This document shows, one piece after another, positions 17,895 to 27,299 of a stretch of DNA of 32,678 nt. Position numbers and translations under genes: made by a program. The notes beneath the pieces are model-generated. The model made no database searches. It was not told the origin of the DNA and worked only from the letters and a program-made list of their open reading frames with translations. The stretch is from contig JABIGM010000006.1 in assembly GCA_018650165.1 (NCBI GenBank), forward strand, positions 1 through 32,678, read 5' to 3'. Source of the stretch: Methanobacteriota archaeon. GTDB lineage: Archaea; Thermoplasmatota; Poseidoniia; Poseidoniales; Poseidoniaceae. The stretch's first letter is position 1. Each line of letters begins with the position of its first letter.

Positions 17895-18540
17895 TTTGCT
17901 CTAATCTCTTGACAACATCAATTGCACTTGGAGGTAAACCCCCTGGTGCCGCAACGGGCTCTCCAAGTTCAATATCAAGTTCCGAGTAACCTTCGAGAAC
18001 CAGATCCATCGCATCCCCAATACTCGGATGGCTTGCCCTTAAAATCTCATGAAGTACATGTAAGTCGATTCCTAATCCTTCTAATTCATATTCTCTCGAT
18101 GATAGTCCCAAATCAATTAGAACGGCATCTCCATTTTCTGTAATCAGTATATTATTTGTTGAAAGATCACCATGGTTTACTGCATTTCGATGTAAAATAC
18201 GGATTGATTTACCGACGTTTTTTAGCAGTTCATCAGTATGCTTTCCAGCATGCAAAATGTCGATAAGAGTTTGACCTTCGATTTTTTCCATTATAATCGT
18301 TGATTCTTGCATATCAACATCCCAAATCGCAGGAACAGGCGCCCCTATACCAGATAACCAAATAGTAAGTTTAACTTCATTATTCATTCTTGTTTTTGTT
18401 AGACTGCGGTCCAAATCAGGGTGTCTCCATCCTCTTGGTTGGCGTATTTTCATGACTGCAGGTCGGCCAAACCATGAGCCAGAATTCACCTCGGCTTCAG
18501 CACCGAGATGGAGTCGTTCGCCGTGTATCCACGCTTGCAT
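17863..18540 (-). CDS. bud32: Kae1-associated kinase Bud32 (KEOPS)
   Basis: GAEA, RHPDLD, HGDLSTNN, IDLGL and DLHVL motifs; start at ATG 18540. Confidence 0.9.
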   Translation of the reverse strand: MQAWIHGERLHLGAEAEVNSGSWFGRPAVMKIRQPRGWRHPDLDRSLTKTRMNNEVKLTIWLSGIGAPVPAIWDVDMQESTIIMEKIEGQTLIDILHAGKHTDELLKNVGKSIRILHRNAVNHGDLSTNNILITENGDAVLIDLGLSSREYELEGLGIDLHVLHEILRASHPSIGDAMDLVLEGYSELDIELGEPVAAPGGLPPSAIDVVKRLEQIMKRVRYHGG

Positions 18541-18564
18541 TGTATAACCTGGGGTAGTGTATGG

Positions 18565-18569
18565 TTGAA
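18565..18569. promoter_or_regulatory. Putative bidirectional TATA-position element TTGAA/TTCAA shared by bud32 and nadA
   Basis: Minus strand: 29 nt before ATG 18540. Plus strand: 29 nt before the GAGG SD of nadA. Confidence 0.5.
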
Positions 18570-18604
18570 AAAGGAGTGCCTGCACCGACTGATGAGGCAC
18601 ACCC

Positions 18605-19735
18605 ATGACCATGTCATTGCCTATGTGCGCCATCGACTTCACCAACGATGAGATGGGTCCTGAAGAATCTGCGATAGCAGAACGGATTTCCGAACTGAAA
18701 AAACAAATGGGTGAGGATTTATTGATCCTTGGACACCATTACCAAAGAGATCAGATTGTAATGCATGCAGACCTTTTGGGTGACTCGTTTTTACTTTCGG
18801 AATTAGCAGCTAAATCCAAAGCCAAGAATATTGTATTTTGTGGAGTTCATTTTATGGCGGAATCTGCCGATATTCTGACTTCTGATGAACAGCGAGTAAT
18901 TCTTCCAAACATGCGAGCCGGATGTTCAATGGCAGATATGGCTGCCCTAAACGATGTTGAGATTGCTTGGGAGCAGATTCTAGAGAGTTCTGGGTTAAGT
19001 GACCCAGCCACTGCAAAAGAAGGCGAATCCTGTTTAATTCCAGTAACCTACATGAATAGTGCAGCGGAATTAAAGGATTTTTGTGGAAGCCATGGCGGAA
19101 TTGTTTGTACTTCTTCAAATGCAGTAGGGGTTTTGGAATGGGCGTATGAACGCGCTGGACCAAAAGGAGCAGTTCTCTTTTTCCCCGACCAACACCTTGG
19201 ACGAAATACTGGGCTTTCGATGGGGATTAGTTTGGACAGGATGGCAGTATGGACGCCAGACCAAGAAAACGAACTACCTGAGGATGTAAAAGTAATATTG
19301 TGGCATGGATTTTGCTCAGTCCACAAACGATTCACAGTCGAGCAAATAGATTCCTTTAGAGATAAACATCCAGATGGCTTAGTCGTAGTACACCCAGAAT
19401 GTCCAATGGAGGTAGTCCAGGCTGCAGATGCAAATGGTAGCACTGAATTTATTCGTAGATTTGTTGCTGAACAAAAACCTGGAACGAATATTGCAGTTGG
19501 TACTGAAATAAACATGGTTGCTAGACTTGATTCACAGCACTCCGAACTTGAGATTGAGTGTTTGGAGCCAACAATTTGCCCTTGCTCGACGATGTATATG
19601 ATTCATCCAGTTTACTTGATGGATGTACTTGAACGGCTTGCTGAAGGTGAAATACCTAACCAGGTAATTGTAGAAAAATCGATTCAGAAAGGTTCGAAAA
19701 TTGCTCTTGAACGAATGCTATCAATCAAACAATAA
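18605..19735 (+). CDS. nadA: Quinolinate synthase A
   Basis: GHHYQ, FCGVHFMAE, AGCSMA, YMNS, CTSSNA, PDQHLG, GFCSVH, HPEC and CPCSTM motifs. Confidence 0.95.
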   Translation: MTMSLPMCAIDFTNDEMGPEESAIAERISELKKQMGEDLLILGHHYQRDQIVMHADLLGDSFLLSELAAKSKAKNIVFCGVHFMAESADILTSDEQRVILPNMRAGCSMADMAALNDVEIAWEQILESSGLSDPATAKEGESCLIPVTYMNSAAELKDFCGSHGGIVCTSSNAVGVLEWAYERAGPKGAVLFFPDQHLGRNTGLSMGISLDRMAVWTPDQENELPEDVKVILWHGFCSVHKRFTVEQIDSFRDKHPDGLVVVHPECPMEVVQAADANGSTEFIRRFVAEQKPGTNIAVGTEINMVARLDSQHSELEIECLEPTICPCSTMYMIHPVYLMDVLERLAEGEIPNQVIVEKSIQKGSKIALERMLSIKQ

Positions 19736-20077
19736 CTCTACAGATTTCCATCCAGCATATGCCAGTAATGGACAAAAGATCATTGTAATCAAAACATAGC
19801 CAATAGCTTTAGTTTGCTCTTCATTCCACAATTCGATAGTTTCTACCGAGAAGGCAGACATTGTTGTGAATGCTCCGAGTATTCCAGTCCCTAGAAGTAG
19901 TGTCATTTCTTTAGAAATCATCTCATTTGCCAGAGCAGCCATACATACCCCTAGTAGTAAGGACCCCAAGGCATTGACAAGAAGAGTTCCCTGAGGAGTC
20001 CCAATCCATTCGGATACTGCAAAGCGTAGCGTTGCCCCGATTGCACCGCCTATTGCCACGGCAAGATATGAATTCAC
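19721..20077 (-). CDS. crcB: Fluc/CrcB fluoride channel
   Basis: GGAIGATLR, TLLVNALGS and GILGAFTTMSAF motifs; 4 TM; GTG start. Confidence 0.92.
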   Translation of the reverse strand: MNSYLAVAIGGAIGATLRFAVSEWIGTPQGTLLVNALGSLLLGVCMAALANEMISKEMTLLLGTGILGAFTTMSAFSVETIELWNEEQTKAIGYVLITMIFCPLLAYAGWKSVELLFD

Positions 20078-20102
20078 GAAACCCTCTCACAAGGCATGCT
20101 CT

Positions 20103-20107
20103 ATCAA
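20103..20107 (-). promoter_or_regulatory. Putative TATA-position element TTGAT
   Basis: Begins 30 nt before GTG 20077. Confidence 0.55.
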
Positions 20108-20142
20108 TCATACTCAAGAGCCTGATACCACAGGGCCCAATC

Positions 20143-20787
20143 ATGACCTTATGGTTCATGACCAGCAATGCAGGTAAAGTTGCGGAAGCGAAGGAGTATT
20201 TTTCTCACCTTGGAATCACAGTTGAGCAATTTGAGTTTGAAGCAATTGAACCACAGGCTGACGATATTGAAATCGTCGCACTTTCTAAAATAGAACAAGC
20301 AATACCACATTTACCAAATCCATCTGACCAATTATTAGTTGAAGATGCAGGATTATTTGTTGGTGCATTAGAAGGTTTTCCCGGGGTATATTCATCCTAT
20401 TCTCTTGAAACAATAGGGCTTCATGGGATTCTCAAATTAATGGAGCATTTACAAAGTGAAGACCCGGTAATGGATGGTAAATTAAGAAACGCAGAGTTCA
20501 GAGCAGTTGCGGCTCTCTACCAAAACGGACAAACGATTGTCGCAGAGGGAGTATGTCCTGGCCGAATTGCACACCAATTAGATGGAGAAGAGGGTTTTGG
20601 CTTTGACCCGATATTTATTCCCGCAGATTTGGATGAAAATGGCAACGCTTTACAAGCCGGCGAAATAGGTGTAACCAGTACACATGGCGCCACTTTCGGA
20701 GGTATCTCTTTAGAAGAAAAGCAGGCCTATTCACACCGTCGAAGAGCACTCACTAGTTTGGTTTCAAAACTTGACAGACTGGGGTGA
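20143..20787 (+). CDS. rdgB: Non-canonical purine NTP pyrophosphatase (RdgB/HAM1)
   Basis: TSNAGK, VEDAGL, GFPGVYS, GFGFDPIF and SHR motifs; start at ATG 20143. Confidence 0.93.
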   Translation: MTLWFMTSNAGKVAEAKEYFSHLGITVEQFEFEAIEPQADDIEIVALSKIEQAIPHLPNPSDQLLVEDAGLFVGALEGFPGVYSSYSLETIGLHGILKLMEHLQSEDPVMDGKLRNAEFRAVAALYQNGQTIVAEGVCPGRIAHQLDGEEGFGFDPIFIPADLDENGNALQAGEIGVTSTHGATFGGISLEEKQAYSHRRRALTSLVSKLDRLG

Positions 20788-20826
20788 GATTCTTGAGTGT
20801 GAGCGGTTTGGCTTGAGGTGAGCAGC

Positions 20827-21720
20827 ATGAAATTGTCCAGACTTATCGTGTTACTTCTGCTCTTCGGAGACCTTATTGTCTTCTTTACTATGCAGAGGGA
20901 TTTTGATGAGAATGGTCGCTGGGCATTAGTTGGAGGCGCTCTTATTTTAGCGATTATTTGGGTTTACCTCGGAGACTCGCCAGCCAATAAGCGACCAGTC
21001 GCACAAAGAACACAACAGGCGACTCGGATACCAATTAATCAGGCCACGCCTGATGTAGATATTCCTGAAGTCGTAACAACAGATGAGATGGATGGAGCCT
21101 CCCTTCGTGAAAGAAAAATGGCCAAAGTAAAGGCATCTAATGAAGAAGAAGCAGAGGATATGATTACAGTTGAGCCGGAAGATGGCTTAGAAGAAATCAC
21201 ACTTTCCGTTGAAGAAGTTCATGTTGCTGATGAATATGTTGTAGAAGTTTCACCACAATCGATAGAGGATGCAAATATTGCAGCTCATATTAACGACAAG
21301 CGAGAACGCCACGAAGTTATTCGTGCACGAATCGAAGAACGCCGAAGAGGCCAGATGGTAGAAATTAGAGCTTCCACAGCAAAAATGTGGGAAGAGCATA
21401 GTTCTGGGGAAGACCTAGTTGGGCTAATTCAAAGCGAAAACCACGGGCATAATATTCTCATTGAACCGGATACAGCAGAAGCGGGGCACGTTTACGGGGC
21501 TACACTAGTTCGTCTCGATCCTTCAACAATACTCAAACTAAGAGTCCCTCTTGATTCGGGATATGTTGTTATTGAAACCGATAGAGTAGCAGGCGCTGAA
21601 AAGATGTCATTACCAGAAGGTGTACCTTCGCCTGAGGAATTAGGTCTACCTCCTCTGCCGGCGCCACCGGGTGCATCTGGTGCATTAGCAGCCCTTCGAG
21701 ATGAGATATCAAACGACTAA
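20827..21720 (+). CDS. Hypothetical protein: two N-terminal TM helices, acidic/coiled-coil body, Pro-rich tail
   Basis: Long ORF; SD GAGGTG lies 6 nt before ATG 20827; no family motif recognised. Confidence 0.75.
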   Translation: MKLSRLIVLLLLFGDLIVFFTMQRDFDENGRWALVGGALILAIIWVYLGDSPANKRPVAQRTQQATRIPINQATPDVDIPEVVTTDEMDGASLRERKMAKVKASNEEEAEDMITVEPEDGLEEITLSVEEVHVADEYVVEVSPQSIEDANIAAHINDKRERHEVIRARIEERRRGQMVEIRASTAKMWEEHSSGEDLVGLIQSENHGHNILIEPDTAEAGHVYGATLVRLDPSTILKLRVPLDSGYVVIETDRVAGAEKMSLPEGVPSPEELGLPPLPAPPGASGALAALRDEISND

Positions 21721-22545
21721 TCAGCGATGTTTCCATTGAGGTGTGTCACGGTTAATAAAAGCCTGAACGCCGATTTCTTTATCCTCGCTATCGAAAAGAT
21801 TTGCAAACGCTTCAGCCTCAATTGCAACACCATCTGTGATGCTATTATCTAGGGCAGCACGAATCGTCTTCTTCGCTACTCTAAGCGTATGCATCGATTT
21901 AGATGCAATAGTTTGAGCAATCTTCAAAGTCGCATTTTCTAATTCATCAGGCGATACTAATTGGTTCACAATTCCGATTCGGTATGCTTCATCTGCATCG
22001 ACATTATTTCCTGTCATGACCATTTCCATTGCTTTACCATAACCCACTAAATGGGCTAGCCTTTGAGTTCCACCATATCCTGGAATTAGACCTAATTTGA
22101 TTTCGGGAGTGCCAAATGTAGCTCTGCTACTTGCGATTCTAATATCACATGAGCAAGCGACTTCACATCCGCCACCTAAAGCGAAACCATCGACCATGGC
22201 AATGGTCGGTTTGGATAAATTCCAAATTGCTTCAATAGCATTATCTGTAAATATATCACGAATTTCTTTCGAACCCTTTCCAATAAATTCGGTAATATCT
22301 GCGCCTGCAACAAATGCATTTGGTTTTGTCCTCTTTCCTTCAGGTGGAAGATTGGGGCCAGCACCACAAATCACCACACATCTTACAGAATCATTAGATT
22401 CTGCCCAAGAACACATTTTCTTTAGAGCAGCAACTACTTCTTGATTCAAAGAATTGAGTTTGTCGGGGCGGTTGATTGTAACTTTAGCGATAACTCCATC
22501 ACCGTTTTCACATGGGATTTCTTCGATGTTCACGACTTCGCTCAT
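21721..22545 (-). CDS. Enoyl-CoA hydratase (crotonase family)
   Basis: AFVAGADI, ALGGGCE and PEIKLGLIPGYGGTQRL motifs, with both catalytic Glu present; start at ATG 22545. Confidence 0.92.
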   Translation of the reverse strand: MSEVVNIEEIPCENGDGVIAKVTINRPDKLNSLNQEVVAALKKMCSWAESNDSVRCVVICGAGPNLPPEGKRTKPNAFVAGADITEFIGKGSKEIRDIFTDNAIEAIWNLSKPTIAMVDGFALGGGCEVACSCDIRIASSRATFGTPEIKLGLIPGYGGTQRLAHLVGYGKAMEMVMTGNNVDADEAYRIGIVNQLVSPDELENATLKIAQTIASKSMHTLRVAKKTIRAALDNSITDGVAIEAEAFANLFDSEDKEIGVQAFINRDTPQWKHR

Positions 22546-22570
22546 GTACCACCCGAGGAAGTCATGACAA

Positions 22571-22575
22571 ATCAA
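22571..22575 (-). promoter_or_regulatory. Putative TATA-position element TTGAT
   Basis: Begins 30 nt before ATG 22545. Confidence 0.55.
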
Positions 22576-22590
22576 CCTTGCAAGCACACA

Positions 22591-22595
22591 TTGAA
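22591..22595 (+). promoter_or_regulatory. Putative TATA-position element TTGAA
   Basis: Begins 29 nt before ATG 22620. Confidence 0.55.
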
Positions 22596-22619
22596 AGTTG
22601 AGAGGCCCACCGTTGTATT

Positions 22620-23399
22620 ATGCCCGCCCGTGAAGAGTCATTGGTAGTAGCAAAAGATTTAGGCAAGAGGTATGGTGATTTCATTGCTTTACATCCTTTG
22701 AATGTAGATGTTAGTTCAGGAGAGTTTTTCGGAGTTTTTGGGCCAAATGGCGCTGGCAAATCAACGTTCATTAAATTACTAACCGGGCAACTCCGACCAA
22801 GTATCGGCGGAGTAGAGGTATTGGGAATAAATGCTGCTAAAGACCCACAAAAACTCAAAGCCAATATCGGTATTGTTCCAGAATCAGAATCTCCTCCATC
22901 CTACCTTACTCCAAGTGAGTTTTTGCAATTCGTAGGTAAACTTCGTGGGATAGAAGACTTAGACAATAAAGTAGAATATTGGATGGATTGGTTTGGCCTT
23001 AATGAGAAAAGAGACACTATGTGTAAAGATCTCTCAAAGGGTCAACGACAAAAGGTAATGTTAGCTTCAGCCTTCATTCATGAACCGCGACTATTATTTC
23101 TTGATGAACCATTTGCAAACCTTGACCCAATCTATCAGAGGAAATGTCGGCAATGGTTGCTGGACTTAGTTGCGAGTGGAGGCACTATTTTCCTGTGCTC
23201 CCACGTTCTTGAAATGGCAGAAAGAATGTGCAACAGAATGGCTATTATCAATAATGGTAAGGTGTTAGCAGCAGGAACCGTAAAAGAACTTAAAAATTCA
23301 GAAAACGAAACCCTCGAAGATGTATTTATCCGATTGGTAGGGCATTCGATTGAAGAGGCCGAAAGATTGGAAGATGAAGAGGCTAGTGAGGAGGAATAA
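22620..23399 (+). CDS. ABC transporter ATP-binding protein (exporter type)
   Basis: GPNGAGKST, LSKGQRQK, FLDEP and CSH motifs. Confidence 0.95.
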   Translation: MPAREESLVVAKDLGKRYGDFIALHPLNVDVSSGEFFGVFGPNGAGKSTFIKLLTGQLRPSIGGVEVLGINAAKDPQKLKANIGIVPESESPPSYLTPSEFLQFVGKLRGIEDLDNKVEYWMDWFGLNEKRDTMCKDLSKGQRQKVMLASAFIHEPRLLFLDEPFANLDPIYQRKCRQWLLDLVASGGTIFLCSHVLEMAERMCNRMAIINNGKVLAAGTVKELKNSENETLEDVFIRLVGHSIEEAERLEDEEASEEE

Positions 23400-23437
23400 T
23401 TCTGCCAGCACTAATCACAAGTCGAGATTGGTCTGAA

Positions 23438-25099
23438 GTGGCGGACTCTCCCACTCCAGAATCTCTCGGCTCTGAAAGTGGCGGTAAGCACCTTAACACG
23501 CCCCTTGTAGGTTGGGCCGCATTCTCTGCAACATACAAAGTGATGTTCATTGAAGAGTTTAGAGAAAATTTAGATTTTGCAAAGAAAAGAAGAATCATGT
23601 TATTCCCTCTGCTTGTGGCTTTAGTCACAATGGTTGCAACCATCGGATTACAATTTCTTGTAGGCGAAGGTGCAGCACAAGGAAGTGATTCACTATCTGA
23701 TTCAAGTTCATTTTCCTGGCAAGAAATGCGATTTGCTTTGCACCTACCTTTACTAATGTTCAGTTTGGGAATGGGATCATTTGCATTTCTTGGACGCGAG
23801 AAAGTTTTGGCTAGAACTGGGACAAAAAATTACCTTTTAGCATCACCAGCCCTACAGCCTTTGACAAATTCTACAGCACATTTTGCATATTTCATGAAAG
23901 ATTTATCCTATTACGTGATGCTAATCCTTACGCCTGTGATATCGGGAATGGCTATCGGTATAGCGTTGGAGAGTTTTACTAATGTAAACACTCCGTTGGA
24001 GTTTAGCAGTCTTCCTCGCACTTGGATTGCGATGGTTGTAACTCTTGCACAAGGACTTGCGTTCTCATTCGTAGCCTCTTCTCTTTGGTTATTGGGGGGA
24101 TGGATTGGGAGATTTACACCAATAGCAGTAATTGCTTTGGGTACAGCAATCGGGCTAGGTATTCTTCCACGCCAGTACTTTTTGTGGGGTCTTTCAACAC
24201 AGCAACCCGATGGCCTAATTGTTGCAATACCTGCTCTCGGGGCTTCGATATTTCTTGCTTGGGTCGCATCAAGATTAGTCCGTGATGATTTCGAAGTTAA
24301 GGTAGTTTCAAAGAAAGAAATATTCCTACCCGCGTGGAATCGTCTTGGTTTCCTCGGTAATGGGACGCTACGCCTCTTAGTGGCAAAAGAAGCCGTGGAT
24401 CTGATTCGCTCAGGTTCACTCAAGAAAATGATTGTTTCGTATTCAGTGCCGCTAATTGTTCTTCTGTTGATGGCATGGCTTGTTGATTTTGCTGAGGCGC
24501 CAATACCCATCAATTTACTTTCATATGCGCCATTTCTCGGATTTTTTGGTTTCAATTTTTATTCATGGTTAACGGCTCTAGACTCTCCCGAACATATGAA
24601 CGGATTACCACTGGGGGTCCCTCAATTAATTCGTGCAAAAGTCACAGTGTACTTCCTTGCAACAACTTGGATTTCAGTAATTTTCCTTTGTTTGATGGCC
24701 TGGAAATTGGATGAATGGGCAGCGCTACCAGTCGGTTTAGTGGTGATGATTGCAAACAGCATCTACATCGTTTGCTTGACCGCATTTTTGATGGGTTTAG
24801 CGCCCAACAAGGCAATTTTTGATGCCAAGGTCATGTCTTGGTTTTGGCTTGGAACAGTCATTCCCTTGCTTTCATTATTCCTTCTTTCATTCACGCAAGG
24901 TGATGTTTCATTTTATGAGAATTGGGCCCACCAAGTTGGAGATAAGGGCTTAGATGCCGAAGCGGTTAAATTTGACAATGACAGAATGGCAGCAGGATTC
25001 AAAGGAATTCTGTGGGTAAGTGCAGGCTTAGTGGGGGCCGCTCTACTATTGATGAAACTGCTTGACCGTAAATGGGGAAGGGCAGAGTTCAACAATTGA
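23438..25099 (+). CDS. Polytopic membrane protein, probable ABC exporter permease
   Basis: About 12-14 hydrophobic segments; directly downstream of the ABC ATPase; start uncertain. Confidence 0.8.
   Translation: MADSPTPESLGSESGGKHLNTPLVGWAAFSATYKVMFIEEFRENLDFAKKRRIMLFPLLVALVTMVATIGLQFLVGEGAAQGSDSLSDSSSFSWQEMRFALHLPLLMFSLGMGSFAFLGREKVLARTGTKNYLLASPALQPLTNSTAHFAYFMKDLSYYVMLILTPVISGMAIGIALESFTNVNTPLEFSSLPRTWIAMVVTLAQGLAFSFVASSLWLLGGWIGRFTPIAVIALGTAIGLGILPRQYFLWGLSTQQPDGLIVAIPALGASIFLAWVASRLVRDDFEVKVVSKKEIFLPAWNRLGFLGNGTLRLLVAKEAVDLIRSGSLKKMIVSYSVPLIVLLLMAWLVDFAEAPIPINLLSYAPFLGFFGFNFYSWLTALDSPEHMNGLPLGVPQLIRAKVTVYFLATTWISVIFLCLMAWKLDEWAALPVGLVVMIANSIYIVCLTAFLMGLAPNKAIFDAKVMSWFWLGTVIPLLSLFLLSFTQGDVSFYENWAHQVGDKGLDAEAVKFDNDRMAAGFKGILWVSAGLVGAALLLMKLLDRKWGRAEFNN
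25088..25092 (+). promoter_or_regulatory. Putative TATA-position element TTCAA inside the permease 3' end
   Basis: Begins 30 nt before ATG 25118. Confidence 0.45.
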
Positions 25100-25117
25100 A
25101 ACCACCCCGAGCCAACC

Positions 25118-25663
25118 ATGGGGCTAGTAATTGCAGTCAGTGGAATGCCGGCCGCAGGCAAAGGCGAATTCGCAGCAATTTTGGCCGCACAAGGTATTCC
25201 AGTTCGCTCTATGGGTGATATGGTGAGAGCCGAAGTGAAAGCCCGTGGTATCACAGAGAAGCCGCACATTTTTGGAGAAGTCGCAACACAAATGCGTGCA
25301 GAGCATGGGGATGATGTGCTGGCACAACGCCTAACTTCGGCAGTTGATGAATTACTTCTTGAAAATTCAATTGTTTTAATCGAAGGGTTGCGAGGTACTG
25401 CTGAGAGAGAAGTTTTTGCAAACCACTGGGAGGATAATTTTCTCGTAGTAGCAGTTACAGCTTCGAAAGAATTACGATTTCAAAGAGTAGTTTCCCGTGC
25501 ACGTTCAGAAGATGGTACTCTTTCAGACCTTGAACAACGCGATGCTAGAGAGGCGGGTTGGGGATTAAAAACAATCATCTCAGAAGCAAATTATACATTT
25601 TCCAACGAATCTAACCTCGAAGAATTGATTCTAGTAGTCACCGCTTGGCTAAAGGGTCTCTGA
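25118..25663 (+). CDS. Archaeal UPF0200 / dephospho-CoA-kinase-like P-loop kinase
   Basis: GMPAAGKG, SMGDMVR, IEGLRG and RDARE motifs. Confidence 0.8.
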   Translation: MGLVIAVSGMPAAGKGEFAAILAAQGIPVRSMGDMVRAEVKARGITEKPHIFGEVATQMRAEHGDDVLAQRLTSAVDELLLENSIVLIEGLRGTAEREVFANHWEDNFLVVAVTASKELRFQRVVSRARSEDGTLSDLEQRDAREAGWGLKTIISEANYTFSNESNLEELILVVTAWLKGL

Positions 25664-25682
25664 GAGGGCCCATAGGGCCCTT
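25664..25682 (+). terminator. GC-rich hairpin, possible terminator or processing site
   Basis: GAGGGCCC-ATA-GGGCCCTT immediately after the kinase stop. Confidence 0.35.
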
Positions 25683-25744
25683 CATGATGGCGAAAGGTCA
25701 TAACCGAGCGGAACCGTGTCTTGGGTGTCAGGGGGGTTGTACAT

Positions 25745-27268
25745 ATGGCAAGAAAAGGTGGTGGTGGCCAAAAGAAGAAAGGTGCCCAACAACGAGCAAT
25801 GTACGATGAACTTGACAAGTATCCGGTAATGCCACCGCATGCTTTCGCTCGAATTGTTCGTGATAAAAGGACACTGAACATCATTTACCAAATCATTGAG
25901 CCGCCATTGAATAAGAAAGAACAAGAATGGCGAGATGAGTTATTGGATATTTTCATCCGCTCATTAACAGTAAATGTCGATGAAATTGATGCGGATCCGA
26001 TATCATATCTCCGCACCGCGATGGATAAAGTAATCAAAGCGTACGGAATGAAGGTAAATAAGAAATCAAAATCCAAGTTATTTTACTATCTCCGAAGGGA
26101 TTTAGTTGGATATGGAAAGATGGATGTTCTGATGAACGATGCTAACGTGGAAGATGTATCTCTTGACGGAACTGGAGTTCCAATTTTCGCTTATCACAGA
26201 AAATTCGAATCTGTAGAGACGACCTGTGTCTGGGAAACTGACCATGAATTGGAATCTTATGTTATCAAATTGGCACAGCGTTGTGGTAAGCACATATCCG
26301 TTGCAGACCCGTTACTGGATGCTACGTTAATGGATGGTTCGAGAATTGTTATGAAATTGGGGCGTGAAGTTTCGACCCGTGGTTCAGCATTCTGTATTCG
26401 AAGATTCAAGGACGACCCGTTCTCACCTTGTGACATCATTGCATTCAGAACGCTTTCTTCATTGATGGGGGCATACCTTTGGGTTGCATTCCAGAATGAA
26501 GTTCCAATGCTATTCGTAGGAGGTACTGCATCTGGAAAGACTACAACTCTCAATGCAATGTGTATCTTTATTCCATGGCAGATGAAGATTGTCAGTATTG
26601 AATCCACCCGTGAAGTAAACATTCCACAGCCTAACTGGGTCCCTGGTTTAACCCGCCAAGGATTCGGTGGAGAATCCAATGAAGGAGAAATTGGAGAATT
26701 CGAACTGCTAAAGGCTGCCCTGCGTGAGCGACCAGAATACATCATCGTGGGTGAAATTCGTGGTGCTGAAGCATATGTTCTGTTCCAGGCAATGGCTACG
26801 GGACACTGCGCATATTCTACAGTGCACGCAGATTCGGTTCCTTCGCTAGTACACCGTCTTGAGAACAAACCGATTGATATTCCTCGTGTTCTGTTACCTG
26901 CACTTGAAGCATGTGTTATTCAAATCCAGACACGTATCAACGGACGACGTGTTAGAAGAAGTAAGCAAATTGTAGAAATTGTTGGAATTGATCCAAACTC
27001 GATGGAGATAATTACCAATGAAGTATTCCGATGGAATGTTGCCAATGATGATTTTATATTCTCAGGAAAATCATATGTCTTAGAGAAGATTATGGTCAAG
27101 ATCAATTACAGTCAAGATGAGATGAGAAGAGAACTTCGTACTAGGAAACGTATTCTCGAATGGATGGTACTAAATGACATACGTAAGGCAGACCAAGTCA
27201 GTCAAATAATCACCGAATATTATGTCCGGCCACACGAAATCTTAGCACGTGTAGACGGACTTCGATGA
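25745..27268 (+). CDS. Type IV pilus / Tad assembly ATPase (VirB11/TadA/ArlI superfamily)
   Basis: GGTASGKTT, IIVGEIRG and GHCAYSTVHA motifs; N-terminal YQIIEPPL domain. Confidence 0.93.
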   Translation: MARKGGGGQKKKGAQQRAMYDELDKYPVMPPHAFARIVRDKRTLNIIYQIIEPPLNKKEQEWRDELLDIFIRSLTVNVDEIDADPISYLRTAMDKVIKAYGMKVNKKSKSKLFYYLRRDLVGYGKMDVLMNDANVEDVSLDGTGVPIFAYHRKFESVETTCVWETDHELESYVIKLAQRCGKHISVADPLLDATLMDGSRIVMKLGREVSTRGSAFCIRRFKDDPFSPCDIIAFRTLSSLMGAYLWVAFQNEVPMLFVGGTASGKTTTLNAMCIFIPWQMKIVSIESTREVNIPQPNWVPGLTRQGFGGESNEGEIGEFELLKAALRERPEYIIVGEIRGAEAYVLFQAMATGHCAYSTVHADSVPSLVHRLENKPIDIPRVLLPALEACVIQIQTRINGRRVRRSKQIVEIVGIDPNSMEIITNEVFRWNVANDDFIFSGKSYVLEKIMVKINYSQDEMRRELRTRKRILEWMVLNDIRKADQVSQIITEYYVRPHEILARVDGLR

Positions 27269-27299
27269 TTAATTAATTTGGATTTAGGAGGGGTGATGA

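Noticed and set aside
20078-20142. Fluoride riboswitch upstream of crcB
   Set aside because: The 65-nt gap is occupied by two promoter-like sites, and the gene appears leaderless.
2483-22587. Long N-terminal extensions in the ORF track (4153, 5443, 14110, 18645, 20032, 22587)
   Set aside because: They overlap neighbouring genes or promoters; family homology begins at downstream starts.
23388-23437. Non-canonical upstream start (ATT/CTG) for the permease after GAGGAGG
   Set aside because: The SD-like run is explained by the Glu codons ending the ABC ATPase; no homology support.
25118-25663. Naming the kinase coaE
   Set aside because: Archaeal CoaE-like homologs are not reliably dephospho-CoA kinases; function left open.
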